From the NCBI GenBank assembly GCA_965199715.1, contig OZ241322.1, positions 224,001-288,000 on the forward strand: a DNA stretch of 64,000 nucleotides, in the 5' to 3' direction. How positions within the stretch are numbered: position 1 is the first letter of the stretch; each line of letters begins with the position of its first letter. A program made the position numbers and the translations under genes. The notes under the pieces were generated by a model. That model worked only from the letters and a program-made list of their open reading frames with translations. It searched no databases and was not told the DNA's origin. This DNA comes from Vicinamibacteria bacterium. Its GTDB lineage: Bacteria; Acidobacteriota; Vicinamibacteria; Marinacidobacterales; Marinacidobacteraceae. Of the stretch, positions 9,936 to 18,940 are shown one piece after another.

Positions 9936-10589
9936 ATGACGGAGCGGGACGAGGACGTCCAGGGAAACGAATCGGACTTCGAGGCCGAGAACCGGAGCCG
10001 CACCATGGACTCCAGCATCCAGCTCGGCGAGCTGTTCGCCGACATGTTCATGACGAGCATGACCCAAGCGTCCGACAGCGGCGCGTCCGAGCCGGGCTCG
10101 CTCGAACCCGCCAAGTGGATCGCCATGATGTGCAAGATGCTGGCGCTCGGCATGTCGGACGTGCTCGACGAGGAGTCCGCGGTGCGGCTGGCGCGGACCA
10201 TGATGGCGGAAGTGGACGCGGAGTTCCTGCCGGGAGAGAAGGAGGAAGTCATGGACGCGGAGGTCGAGTCGGCCGAGCGCGACGCGCTGCTCGCGTTCAA
10301 CCGGCTGTGCTCGCGGGTGATGCTGTACGCGGCGCTGCGGCGGATGTACTTCCACAAGCTCACCTACAGCGGGATGACGAAGGAGGAAAAGGGCAAGGAG
10401 GCGAGCGAGGAGGTCATGGAGAAGTTCGGGCGGGCGTTCCATCCCGCGCTCCACGAGAAGCTCGGCCGGCGGTTCTTCAAGGATCATGGCGAGGCGCTGG
10501 AGCTGATGGCGAAGGCGTTCGCCGCGAAGCAGGAGGCGGAGGCCGAGTTCGACGAGGATCAGCTCACGCAGGCCGAAGGAGAGGCGTGA
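9936..10589 (+). CDS. hypothetical acidic, Met-rich, probably helical protein
   Basis: AGGGAG RBS before ATG 9936; protein-like composition unlike the Arg/Pro shadow ORFs; stop overlaps next start (GTGA). Confidence 0.75.
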   Translation: MTERDEDVQGNESDFEAENRSRTMDSSIQLGELFADMFMTSMTQASDSGASEPGSLEPAKWIAMMCKMLALGMSDVLDEESAVRLARTMMAEVDAEFLPGEKEEVMDAEVESAERDALLAFNRLCSRVMLYAALRRMYFHKLTYSGMTKEEKGKEASEEVMEKFGRAFHPALHEKLGRRFFKDHGEALELMAKAFAAKQEAEAEFDEDQLTQAEGEA

Positions 10590-11125
10590 GCGAGGCCTTC
10601 GCGCCGCTGCCGGACCGCAGGTACGGGGTCCTCTACGTGGACCCGCCCTGGGACTACAAGGGGCAACTCCAGCACGCCGGACCCGGAAGCGGCGACTCCG
10701 GCGGCGCCGTCCGCCACTACCCGACGATGACGCTCGCCGAACTGAAGCGGCTCCCGGTCGAGACGATCGCGGCCGATGGGGCGCGTTTGTTCCTCTGGGC
10801 CACGAACCCGCACCTCGACCAGGGGATCGAGCTCGGGAAGGCGTGGGGGTTCGCGTGGTCGTCGGTCGCCTTCGTGTGGGACAAGCTGCGCGTGAATCCC
10901 GGCTTCTACACGATGAGCCAGTGCGAGCTGTGCCTGCTGTTCCACCGGGGCGACGCCCCGCCGCCCGAAGCCCCCGAAATCGTGCGGGAGAAGCGCCGGG
11001 AGCACTCCCGCAAGCCCGACGGAGTCCGCCGGCGCATCGAGCGGCGCTTCCCGGACGCGCGCCGGATCGAGCTGTTCGCCCGGGGAGCGGCTGACGGCTG
11101 GGACGGCTGGGGGCTTCAGGCCTGA
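10586..11125 (+). CDS. MT-A70 family N6-adenine methyltransferase
   Basis: 3' part of ORF 9626..11125: YVDPPW, HYPTMT, LFLWATNP, FVWDK, EHSRKP, IELFAR, GWDGWG. Confidence 0.9.
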   Translation: MSEAFAPLPDRRYGVLYVDPPWDYKGQLQHAGPGSGDSGGAVRHYPTMTLAELKRLPVETIAADGARLFLWATNPHLDQGIELGKAWGFAWSSVAFVWDKLRVNPGFYTMSQCELCLLFHRGDAPPPEAPEIVREKRREHSRKPDGVRRRIERRFPDARRIELFARGAADGWDGWGLQA

Positions 11126-12065
11126 CGGAAGCCGTCGGAGCCGACCCGGCACAGCAGCGAATACAGGACCGGCGCGACGGCGTCAGCGCCGTCGCGCCGA
11201 GCAGGCCGAAGATGATGGCGATGGCCATCGGCTCCCACATCGGGCCGCCGCCGAACCACAGCGGCAGGAGGCCGGCGACGGTCGTCACGGTGCTCAGCAG
11301 GATCGGGCGGAAGCGCCCCTGCGCCGCATCGAGGATCGCCTCGGGGGGATCGAGGCCGCGCTCGTCGATCTCGATGCGGATGCGGTCGAGGAGCACGATG
11401 GCGTTGTTGATGATTCCGGACAGCGCGAGGATCCCCGGCAGGGTCATGAACCAGAAGTACGACTGCGCGACGAGCAGGCCGCCGCCGACGCCGATCAGTC
11501 CGAGCGGGATCGTCAGCAGGGCGATCGCGATCCGCCGGATCGAGTTGACCTGCGCCACGAGCAGGAGCAGGATGATGAGGCCGCCGATCGGCGCCTTCTC
11601 GGTGACGGACCGGTTCGCCCCCGAGGAGGTCTCCGCCGCGCCGCCGAACTCGTAGCGGTAGCCGACCGGCCACGCGGTTCGCTCGGCCTCGATCCACGGC
11701 CGCAGCCGCGCGACCACGTCGGCCGGGTTCGCGCCCGGCTGGAGGCAGCTCGAGACGGTGACCGTGGGCGCCTGGTTGCGGCGGCGGATCGTGGCCGACT
11801 GCCACTCGACCGAGGCGTCGGCGACCTGGAGCAGCGGCGCCGCGGCGCCCGACTGGGCGTACACGTTGAGGCTCTCCAGTCGGGCCACGTCGGTGCGGTC
11901 CGCGACCGACCAACGCAGCGTGACCGGGATCGAGGAGTCGCCCTCGCGGAACCGCGCGGTCTCGAGGCCGCTGAGCGCTGTCTGCAGCGAAATCGTCACG
12001 TCCTGGCTCGAGACCCCGGCGCGCCGGGGGCGGGGCTGATCGACCTCGACCACCAGCTTCTCGCC
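11116..12065 (-). pseudogene. C-terminal fragment of an AcrB-family RND efflux transporter
   Basis: GILALSGIINNAIVLLDRI, RFRPILLSTVTTVAGLLPL, MWEPMAIAIIFGL; N-terminal two thirds missing; frameshift near 11180 before PVLYSLL. Confidence 0.85.
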
Positions 12066-12788
12066 AGAGGCTCGCGAGCAGCCCCCGGTCCATCTCGCTG
12101 CGGCCGAGCGCCGAGAACGCGGGCATGCGCCGCTCGACGAACCCGTCCGCCAGCCGGGCGAACTCGCCCGACGAGAGCTGCGGCAGGGGGACACGTAGGC
12201 GGCGTCCGCGTCGGGGGGCAGGGCCGCGAGCGCGGCGTCGGCCGACGCGCACGACGTCGCCCTCGACGCGCAGGTTCCCCGCGAGGGCCTCGGGCGCGAG
12301 GAAGGTGAGCCGCTCGAACGGGGCCACCTCGCGCAGCCGGCGCACTTCCTCGGCCGGGCTCCCGCTCACCGAGAGGTAGGAGAAGTTCTCCCGCCCGCTG
12401 ACGCGTTCGCCGGCGGCGTTCGTCTCGACCGGGAAGCCCTGCGCGTCGGCGTCGAGCACCGGCCCGGCCACGACCGGCTTCGGCAAGCCGGTGGAATCGT
12501 TCGCGCGCGCCGCGGCCAGCGGCCGAGCGCGATCACGACGTGGACGTCGGGGTCGGCGAGCAGCGCGTCCATCGCGTCCCGGACCCCGGCCGGCGTCCAG
12601 TCCGCCGTGCGCCGGGCGAACGCGACCGTGAACCGGGGAGCGGCGAGCGCGGCCGTTTCCGCCTCGACCGCGGCGCCGAGCGCGGCCGCGGCCTCCGAAG
12701 GGCCGTCGAGAACCACGCCGACGACGCACGGCTCGCACGGCGGCTGCGTCGCCACGACGCCGACCGCGAGCAGGAGGGCGAGCGTCAC
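12066..12788 (-). pseudogene. N-terminal remnant of a TolC-family protein with a periplasmic binding-protein-like N-domain
   Basis: GTG 12788 overlapping upstream stop; signal peptide; GVVLDGP...ADWT...LLADPDV...LPKPV; frameshifts near 12525, 12240 and 12190; ends abruptly at the RND fragment. Confidence 0.55.
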
Positions 12789-13750
12789 GCCCGGTCGCGT
12801 TTCTTCAGCACCAGGTCGCTCAGCTTCGCCCCGGCGCCCGGCTCCGACCACGGGCAGACCTCGATGCAGATCGCGCAGCCGAACGTCTTCGTGAAGTACG
12901 GGATGCACTTGTCGAAGTCCACGTACCAGCGCTTCTCGCCGCGCACCCACTGCTTCTTCTCGTGGATCGCATCGGGCGGACAGTCGGTGGTGCAGCGCCG
13001 GCACATCAGGCAGACGTCGTCCACGCCGATGTCCTCCGGCGCGTCGAGCGCGAGCGGCATGTCGGTGAGGACCGTGGCGAGGCGGAAGTTGGAGCCGTGC
13101 TCCTTGCTGATGACCGAGCCGTGCTTGCCGAGCTGGCCGAGGCCGGCGCGGACTGCGAGCGGGATGTGGAGGATGTCGCTCGCGTTCGGATCCCCGTAGG
13201 CGCGGGCGGGGAAGCCGCGCTTGCGGATCGTCCGGCCGAGGCTCACGGCCATCAGCCCGATCTTGCGGTACGCCCGCATGACCTCGCGCGCGCCCCGGAC
13301 GTGGGCGGCGTGGCGCATCTCGTCGCGCTCCATGGAGAGGCCGATCACGACGGCGGTGCGGTAGGGGACGCCGCGGCCCTCGAAGACGTCCGTGTCCTCG
13401 ACCCGGGCGATCCCGACGAGCGACGCGCCCGCCTCCCGCGCCGCGTCCTTCACGAAGGCGGCGTTGCCCTCGGGCCCCTCGTCGATCCGCCGCCGCGCCG
13501 AAGGACCCCGCTCGCCCCGAAGCTGGATCTTGTTGACGAGCCGCTCGCGCACCACCTCCCACGGGTTCAGGCACATGAAGAAGTCGTCGAGCCCCTGCCA
13601 GGCGATCGGGCGATCGGGGTCGGCGTTGTGGAACACCTTGGTCGCCCGGCGCGGCTCGCGCTCGCCGAGTCCGTTGATCCGGTTTCCCGAGACCGGCGGG
13701 TTCCGGTAGCCAAAGGCGTAGTCGGGCGGCGGCCCGTCGCGGAACTTCAT
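12785..13750 (-). CDS. reductive dehalogenase-like (RdhA/QueG superfamily) 2x[4Fe-4S] protein
   Basis: GASLVGIA, AY...LGRTIRKRGFPA, PLAVRAGLGQLGKHG...NFRLATVLTDMPL, CLMCRRCTTDCP, KC-X9-CAICIEVCPW. Confidence 0.8.
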   Translation of the reverse strand: MKFRDGPPPDYAFGYRNPPVSGNRINGLGEREPRRATKVFHNADPDRPIAWQGLDDFFMCLNPWEVVRERLVNKIQLRGERGPSARRRIDEGPEGNAAFVKDAAREAGASLVGIARVEDTDVFEGRGVPYRTAVVIGLSMERDEMRHAAHVRGAREVMRAYRKIGLMAVSLGRTIRKRGFPARAYGDPNASDILHIPLAVRAGLGQLGKHGSVISKEHGSNFRLATVLTDMPLALDAPEDIGVDDVCLMCRRCTTDCPPDAIHEKKQWVRGEKRWYVDFDKCIPYFTKTFGCAICIEVCPWSEPGAGAKLSDLVLKKRDRA

Positions 13751-13950
13751 GCGAAGGGGCCCTCGTCGAGCCAGATCGTTCCGCCGGTGCGCTGCGCCTC
13801 GGCGTGGCGCTGCCGTACCCGGCGCGCGACGGTGAAGTAGAAGACGACGAAGCGGAGGACGTCGGAGACGACGATCAGCGTCCGAATCCGGCGGGCGAGA
13901 AACCCGAGCGGGCCGGGGTCGGCCTCGGCCCGGCGCACGAATCCACGCAC
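13747..13950 (-). CDS. small protein (67 aa) with one hydrophobic segment, coupled to the RdhA-like gene
   Basis: GTG 13950 preceded by TACAAT 8 nt upstream; TGA overlaps the downstream ATG (ATGA); TLIVVSDVLRFVVFYFTV segment. Confidence 0.6.
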   Translation of the reverse strand: MRGFVRRAEADPGPLGFLARRIRTLIVVSDVLRFVVFYFTVARRVRQRHAEAQRTGGTIWLDEGPFA

Positions 13951-14012
13951 GATCGGCAATTGTAGTGAAGGAAACCGGTCTGTCCGGCGTAATGCACCGA
14001 CAGAACCCCGAA

Positions 14013-14546
14013 ATGCGGATCGACCCCGAGGAGCAGCAGTGGATCCGGCGGTGCCGCGCCGGCAGCCGCCGGGCCTACGAACCCCTCGTGCGGCGGTACG
14101 CGGCGTGGGCGCAGGCGGTCGCCCGCCGCAAGGTCGGCGATCCGGAGGAGGCGCGGGACCTCGCGCAGGAGGCGTTCGTGCGGGCGTTCCACGCCATGCC
14201 GCGCTTCCAGCCGGGCCGGCCCTTCCTGCCGTGGTTCTCGGTCGTCCTCGACCGCGTCTGCGCCAGCTACCTGCGCGGCCGCCGCATGGCGATCCCGTTC
14301 GCGGAGGAGCCTGCGACCGACGGCGGCATGGCCGGGATCGGCCAGCGGGTGGACCTCGAACGGGGACTCGACGGCCTGCCGCCGGCGCAGCGCGAGGTGC
14401 TCGTGATGAAGCACGTGCACGGGTTCGCCCATCACGAAATTGCCGAGCGGCTCGGCATCCCCGAGGGGACGGCGATGTCGCGGCTGTCCGCCGCCCGGAA
14501 ACGGCTCGCCGGCCTGCTCGGTCGGAGGCGAGGAGAATCACCATGA
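14013..14546 (+). CDS. ECF RNA polymerase sigma-70 factor
   Basis: AYEPLVRRY, EARDLAQEAFVRAF, LPPAQREVLVM, EIAERLGIPEGTAMSRL. Start ATG 14013 or 13992. Confidence 0.92.
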   Translation: MRIDPEEQQWIRRCRAGSRRAYEPLVRRYAAWAQAVARRKVGDPEEARDLAQEAFVRAFHAMPRFQPGRPFLPWFSVVLDRVCASYLRGRRMAIPFAEEPATDGGMAGIGQRVDLERGLDGLPPAQREVLVMKHVHGFAHHEIAERLGIPEGTAMSRLSAARKRLAGLLGRRRGESP

Positions 14547-14899
14547 ACGAAGGCAACGGCGCTTCCGGTCGCATTCCGCGCGACGCGCCGGGCGGCGCGG
14601 AGAACGCTCCCCGTCCCGGCGACTGGGACGACAAGGCGCTCGACCGGTTCTGGCTCGGCGTGTACTCGCGGCTCGAGCGGGGCGTCGCGTGGACGGTGCT
14701 CTCGATCTCGGCGGCGCTGCTGGCGGGCTTCTTCGGCTGGGAGTTCGCGATGGTCTTCCTCGCGGACTCCGGGGTTCCGCTCGTGGTGCGGGTCGGAACC
14801 GCGGGGCTTGTCGTCGGGAGCTTGCTGCTGCTGCTCGGCATGGTCCGGGAGCGCATTCGCGGCTGGCGTCGGGATCCGTTCCGGAGAGTCCGGCGATGA
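14543..14899 (+). CDS. two-TM membrane protein, putative anti-sigma factor lacking a zinc-finger domain
   Basis: ATGA overlap with sigma gene, AGGAG RBS; DRFWLGVYSRLERGVAW...RERIRGWRRDPFRRVRR. Confidence 0.7.
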   Translation: MNEGNGASGRIPRDAPGGAENAPRPGDWDDKALDRFWLGVYSRLERGVAWTVLSISAALLAGFFGWEFAMVFLADSGVPLVVRVGTAGLVVGSLLLLLGMVRERIRGWRRDPFRRVRR

Positions 14900-15096
14900 C
14901 CGTGCTCGAGGCGCGTCTTGCCTTCCTCGAGGCGCTCGGCCGCGCCGCGTCCTCCTTCCTCGCCGATCCCGGGACGCCGCTCGTCGCCCGGGTCGGCTTC
15001 GCCGGGCTCGCGCTCGGTGCGCCGCTTTTCCTGCTGGCGACGCTCCGGGACCGGATGCGCGCCGGCGCTCATGACCTGAGGAGGTCCTGTCCATGA
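14896..15096 (+). CDS. small membrane protein, paralogue of the preceding gene's C-terminal half
   Basis: ATGA overlaps at both ends; FLADPGTPLVARVGFAGLALG vs FLADSGVPLVVRVGTAGLVVG. Confidence 0.65.
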   Translation: MTVLEARLAFLEALGRAASSFLADPGTPLVARVGFAGLALGAPLFLLATLRDRMRAGAHDLRRSCP

Positions 15097-15410
15097 TCGT
15101 GGTCACCACGCCCACCATTCCCGGCGTCGAAATCGCCGAATCCGTCGGAATCGCCCGCGGCGCGACCATCCGCTCCCGTCACCTCGGGCGCGACATCATG
15201 GCCGGCCTCAAGGGGATCGTCGGCGGCGAGATCGAGTCGTACACGAAGCTGCTGGCCGAGAGCCGGGAGCAGGCGCTCGCGCGGATGATCGAGCACGCCG
15301 AGGCGCTCGGGGCCGACGCGGTCGTGTCGGTGCGCATCATGACCTCGATGGTCATGCAGACCGCCGCCGAGATCCTGATCTACGGGACGGCGGTGAAGAT
15401 CAAGCGGTGA
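15093..15410 (+). CDS. YbjQ/UPF0145 family protein
   Basis: MIVVTTPTIPG, RDIMAGLKGIVGGEIESYTKLL, LGADAVV, YGTAVK. Confidence 0.93.
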   Translation: MIVVTTPTIPGVEIAESVGIARGATIRSRHLGRDIMAGLKGIVGGEIESYTKLLAESREQALARMIEHAEALGADAVVSVRIMTSMVMQTAAEILIYGTAVKIKR

Positions 15411-15880
15411 GCGGAGTCGAGACCGACCGCGGCCGGTTCCTCGAGGATTTCCGCGTCGGCCAGCGGATCGCGCACCCGTTCGGGCGCACCGTGCTCGCCG
15501 CCGACAACATGTGGTTCTCGCTCCTCACCCAGAACCAGAACCCGATCCACGTGGACCGGGCGCACAGCGAGGAGACCCCGTTCGGACGGCCGCTCGTGAA
15601 CTCCTGCCTGACGCTCGCGCTCGCGACCGGCCAGTCGGTCGCCGACCTCACCCGCAACGTCGTCGCGAATCTGGGCTGGGAGGAGGTCCGGCTGCCGGCG
15701 CCGGTCTTCGAGGGAGACACGATCCGCTCGGAGAGCGAGGTGCTCGCGGTCCGCGAATCGCGCTCGCGCCCCGAGGCCGGCGTGGTGACGGTGCGCACCG
15801 TGGGCCGCAACCAGGACGGGACGGTGGTGATCGAGTTCCGGCGCGTCTTCCTCGTCTGGAAGCGCGCCCATGCGCCCTAG
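15407..15880 (+). CDS. MaoC-family dehydratase
   Basis: GRFLEDFRVG, LTQNQNPIHVD, ANLGWEEVRLPAPVFEGDTI. Confidence 0.9.
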   Translation: MSGVETDRGRFLEDFRVGQRIAHPFGRTVLAADNMWFSLLTQNQNPIHVDRAHSEETPFGRPLVNSCLTLALATGQSVADLTRNVVANLGWEEVRLPAPVFEGDTIRSESEVLAVRESRSRPEAGVVTVRTVGRNQDGTVVIEFRRVFLVWKRAHAP

Positions 15881-17553
15881 CGGGTTCCGCGCAGCTCCCT
15901 GAGCATGCGCTCGATCTCCGGCGGCGGGTCGCCCGAGCGGCTGACGATCCAGGTGACCGCGAAGTTGAGCAGCATCCCGATCGTTCCGATCCCCTCGGGG
16001 CTGATCCCGAACCACCACGACTCGGGGCCGGACCACTCGAACACCTTGAACCAGCCGATGTAGGCCGCGGTGAAACCGGTCCCGGCGATCATGCCGGCGA
16101 CCGCGCCCCGGGCGGTCACCCACGAGGTGAACACCCCGAGCACCAGCACCGGGAAGAAGCTGGCGGCCGCGAGCCCGAACGCGAAGGCGACCACCGCCGC
16201 CACGTAGTCGGGCGGCCAGATCCCCACCAGGATGGCGACCACCACCGCGCCTGCCGCCGCGACCCGCGCCCAGCCGAGCTCCTCGCGGTCGGTCATGTTC
16301 GGCCGCAGGAAGCCCTTGAGGAGGTCGTGCGAGACCGAGGCCGAGATGACGAGCAGCAGGCCCGCCGCGGTGGAGAGCGCCGCCGCGAGCCCGCCCGCGG
16401 CGACGAGGCCGACGACCCACGCCGGGAGTTCGGCGATCTCGGGGTTGGCGAGCACCATGATGTCGCGGTCGATGAAGAGCTCCGCGTCCGGGCCCTCGCC
16501 GTACTGGATGATCCCGTCGCCGTTGCGGTCGGTGAACGCGATCAGCCCGGTCGCCTCCCAGTTCTTGAACCACGAGGGCGCGTCCGCGTACGCCGTCTGG
16601 TGGAGCGTCTGGATCATGTTCACCCGGGCGAAAGCGGCGACGGCCGGGGCGGTGGTGTAGAGGATGGCTATGAAGAGCAGCGCCCACATGACGCTCCAGC
16701 GGGCGAGCCGGGCGGTCTTGACCGTGTAGAAGCGGATCAGGACGTGCGGGAGGCCGGCGGTGCCGGTCATGAGCGCGAGCGTGATAGCGAAGACGTCGAG
16801 GAGCGACTTCTTGCCGGCGAGGAAGGCCCCCGTGTATTCGGGAAGGCCGAGGTCGGCGTGGATGCCGTCGATGGCGCGCAGCAGATGGACGCCGGCGCGT
16901 TCGCCATCGATCAGCGGGGAGCCGAAGCCGACCTGGGGGATGACGGTGCCGGTCATCATCCACGAGATCGCGCCCGCTGGGATCAGGAAGGCGACGATGA
17001 GGACGCAGTACTGGGCGACCTGGGTGTAGGTGATCCCGCGCATGCCGCCGAGCGTCGCGTAGATGAGGACGATGACCCCGCCGAGGATGACCCCGTACTC
17101 GACGGGCACGGTCAGGAAGCGCGAGAAGACCACGCCCACGCCGCGCATCTGGCCGGCGACGTAGGTGATCGAGATGAAGACCGCGCAGGCCACGGCGACG
17201 AGCCGCGCCGCGCCCGAGGCGTAGCGGTCGCCGACGAACTCGGGGATCGTGAACCGTCCGTAGCGGCGCAGGTACGGCGCTACGAGGAGCGCGAGGAGGA
17301 CGTACCCGCCGGTCCATCCCATGAGGTAGATCGCGCCGTCGTAGCCCATGAACGAGATGAGCCCGGCCATCGAGATGAACGAGGCGGCGCTCATCCAGTC
17401 GGCCCCGGTGGCCATGCCGTTCGCGACCGCCGAGACCCCGCGCCCGGCGACGTAGAAGCCCGAGGTCGTTCGGACCCGGCTCGCGATGGCGATGGCGGTG
17501 TAGAGCGCGAAGCTCCCCACCACGAAGGCGAGGGTCCAGCTTGCGATGCTCAC
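15877..17553 (-). CDS. sodium:solute symporter, ActP-like cation/acetate symporter
   Basis: GTG 17553; GMATGADWMSAASF, GTAGLPHVLIRFYTV, GGLAAALST. Confidence 0.9.
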   Translation of the reverse strand: MSIASWTLAFVVGSFALYTAIAIASRVRTTSGFYVAGRGVSAVANGMATGADWMSAASFISMAGLISFMGYDGAIYLMGWTGGYVLLALLVAPYLRRYGRFTIPEFVGDRYASGAARLVAVACAVFISITYVAGQMRGVGVVFSRFLTVPVEYGVILGGVIVLIYATLGGMRGITYTQVAQYCVLIVAFLIPAGAISWMMTGTVIPQVGFGSPLIDGERAGVHLLRAIDGIHADLGLPEYTGAFLAGKKSLLDVFAITLALMTGTAGLPHVLIRFYTVKTARLARWSVMWALLFIAILYTTAPAVAAFARVNMIQTLHQTAYADAPSWFKNWEATGLIAFTDRNGDGIIQYGEGPDAELFIDRDIMVLANPEIAELPAWVVGLVAAGGLAAALSTAAGLLLVISASVSHDLLKGFLRPNMTDREELGWARVAAAGAVVVAILVGIWPPDYVAAVVAFAFGLAAASFFPVLVLGVFTSWVTARGAVAGMIAGTGFTAAYIGWFKVFEWSGPESWWFGISPEGIGTIGMLLNFAVTWIVSRSGDPPPEIERMLRELRGTR

Positions 17554-17783
17554 TCGTCGTCCCCCTCGATCCGGTCCATCGCGACCGCGTTCACGACGAG
17601 GAGCGCGAGGAAGATGAGGATGGACCCCTGCTGGGCGAACCAGAAGCCGAGCGGGAACCCGGCGATCCAGATCTCGTTCAGTGGACCGGCGAGGAGGACC
17701 CCGAGGCCGAGCGACGCGACGAACCAGACGGTCAGCAGTCCGGCGATGAGGCGAAGGCTGCGCTTCCAGCGGGAGTCGGCCAT
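17550..17783 (-). CDS. DUF4212-family small membrane partner of the symporter
   Basis: LLTVWFVAS...GFPLGFWFAQQGSI; overlaps the symporter start. Confidence 0.88.
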   Translation of the reverse strand: MADSRWKRSLRLIAGLLTVWFVASLGLGVLLAGPLNEIWIAGFPLGFWFAQQGSILIFLALLVVNAVAMDRIEGDDE

Positions 17784-18022
17784 GCGGGGCGGAATGGTGC
17801 GGCAGCCGCCCCTCGGGGCGCAAGCGCCCTGGGGATCCGTCTCCGGGCGGCGGGGTGGGCGTGTACCCGGCGGCCTTTAGTCGCGCTTCCGCGTCGGCGT
17901 CGCGCGTCGGTGTGGAGCGGCCGCCCTGCCACCTCAGGAAGAAGTCCACGAGGAGGAGCGACGTGCGCGCCGACCCCGCCGAGGAAGAAGCAGGGCAGGA
18001 GCTCGGACGGTTCGTGACGCAC

Positions 18023-18049
18023 TTGACGGCGGCGGGGCGCTGGTATGCT
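18023..18049 (+). promoter_or_regulatory. putative sigma70 promoter of coxMSL
   Basis: TTGACG (18023) - 15 nt - TATGCT (18044) with extended TG; GGAGG at 18061 before GTG 18071. Confidence 0.5.
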
Positions 18050-18070
18050 CGCTTTTCGACGGAGGCCAGC

Positions 18071-18940
18071 GTGATTCCAGCCCCATTCGACTACCACTCT
18101 CCGGGAAGCGTGGACGAGGCCACGAAGCTGCTCCTCGCCAATCCCGACGCGAAGCTGCTCGCGGGCGGGCACAGCCTGATCCCGATGATGCGCTTCCGGC
18201 TGGCCCAGCCGAGCGCGCTGATCGACCTCAGCGGCGTCCCCGGCCTCTCCGGCGTCCGGCTCGACGGCGACGCGCTCGTGATCGGCGCGATGACCCGCCA
18301 GGCCGAGGTCGAGTCCTCGGACCTCGTCAAGGCGCACGCGCCGCTGCTGGCCGACGCCGCGAGCGTGGTCGGCGATCCGCTGGTGCGGAACCTGGGCACC
18401 ATCGGCGGCAACGTCGCCCACGCCGATCCCGGCAACGACCATCCGGCCGCGATGCTGGCGCTGCGGGCCTCGCTCGTCTCGAGCGGTCCGGCCGGGACGC
18501 GGACCGCCGCGGCGGACGACTTCTTCCGGGGGCCGTTCGAAACGAGCCTCGGGGAGGGCGAGATCCTGACCGAGGTCCGGGTTCCCGTCGGCGGCGCCGG
18601 CTCGGGCGGCGCCTACCGGAAGTTCGAGCGGAAGGTCGGCGACTACGCGGTGGCCGCGGTCGCGGCGCAGGTGCGGGTTTCCGGCGGATCGGTCGCCGAG
18701 GCCGGAATCGCGCTCACCAACGTGGGGCTGACGGCGATCCGCGCTTCCGCCGCCGAGGCGGCGCTCGTCGGAACGGCCGGCGCGGCGGACGACCTCGACC
18801 GGGCGGCTCAGGCCGCGGCCGACGCGGCCGAACCCCAGGACGACCACCGGGGGACGGCGGACTACAAGCGGGCGCTCGTGCGCACGCTCACCTTCCGGGC
18901 GCTTTCCGACGCGCTCGCCCGAGCGGGAGAGACGGCATGA
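18071..18940 (+). CDS. coxM: aerobic CO dehydrogenase medium (FAD) subunit
   Basis: [46 protein letters not shown]. Confidence 0.92.
   Translation: MIPAPFDYHSPGSVDEATKLLLANPDAKLLAGGHSLIPMMRFRLAQPSALIDLSGVPGLSGVRLDGDALVIGAMTRQAEVESSDLVKAHAPLLADAASVVGDPLVRNLGTIGGNVAHADPGNDHPAAMLALRASLVSSGPAGTRTAAADDFFRGPFETSLGEGEILTEVRVPVGGAGSGGAYRKFERKVGDYAVAAVAAQVRVSGGSVAEAGIALTNVGLTAIRASAAEAALVGTAGAADDLDRAAQAAADAAEPQDDHRGTADYKRALVRTLTFRALSDALARAGETA

Noticed and set aside
6874-9939. 1021-aa plus-strand ORF
   Set aside because: Arg/Gly/Pro-rich antisense shadow of the MTase, YjzC-like and M81 genes; long stop-free frames are expected at this GC.
17860-18022. Possible small minus-strand membrane gene remnant (LLPCFFLGG / [11 protein letters not shown])
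   Set aside because: Needs a frameshift, matches no family I recognise, and is too short to support.
18077-18090. 14-nt identity CCAGCCCCATTCGA shared with the start of the second FAD-subunit gene near 30404
   Set aside because: Explained by the conserved PAPF N-terminus of paralogous genes.
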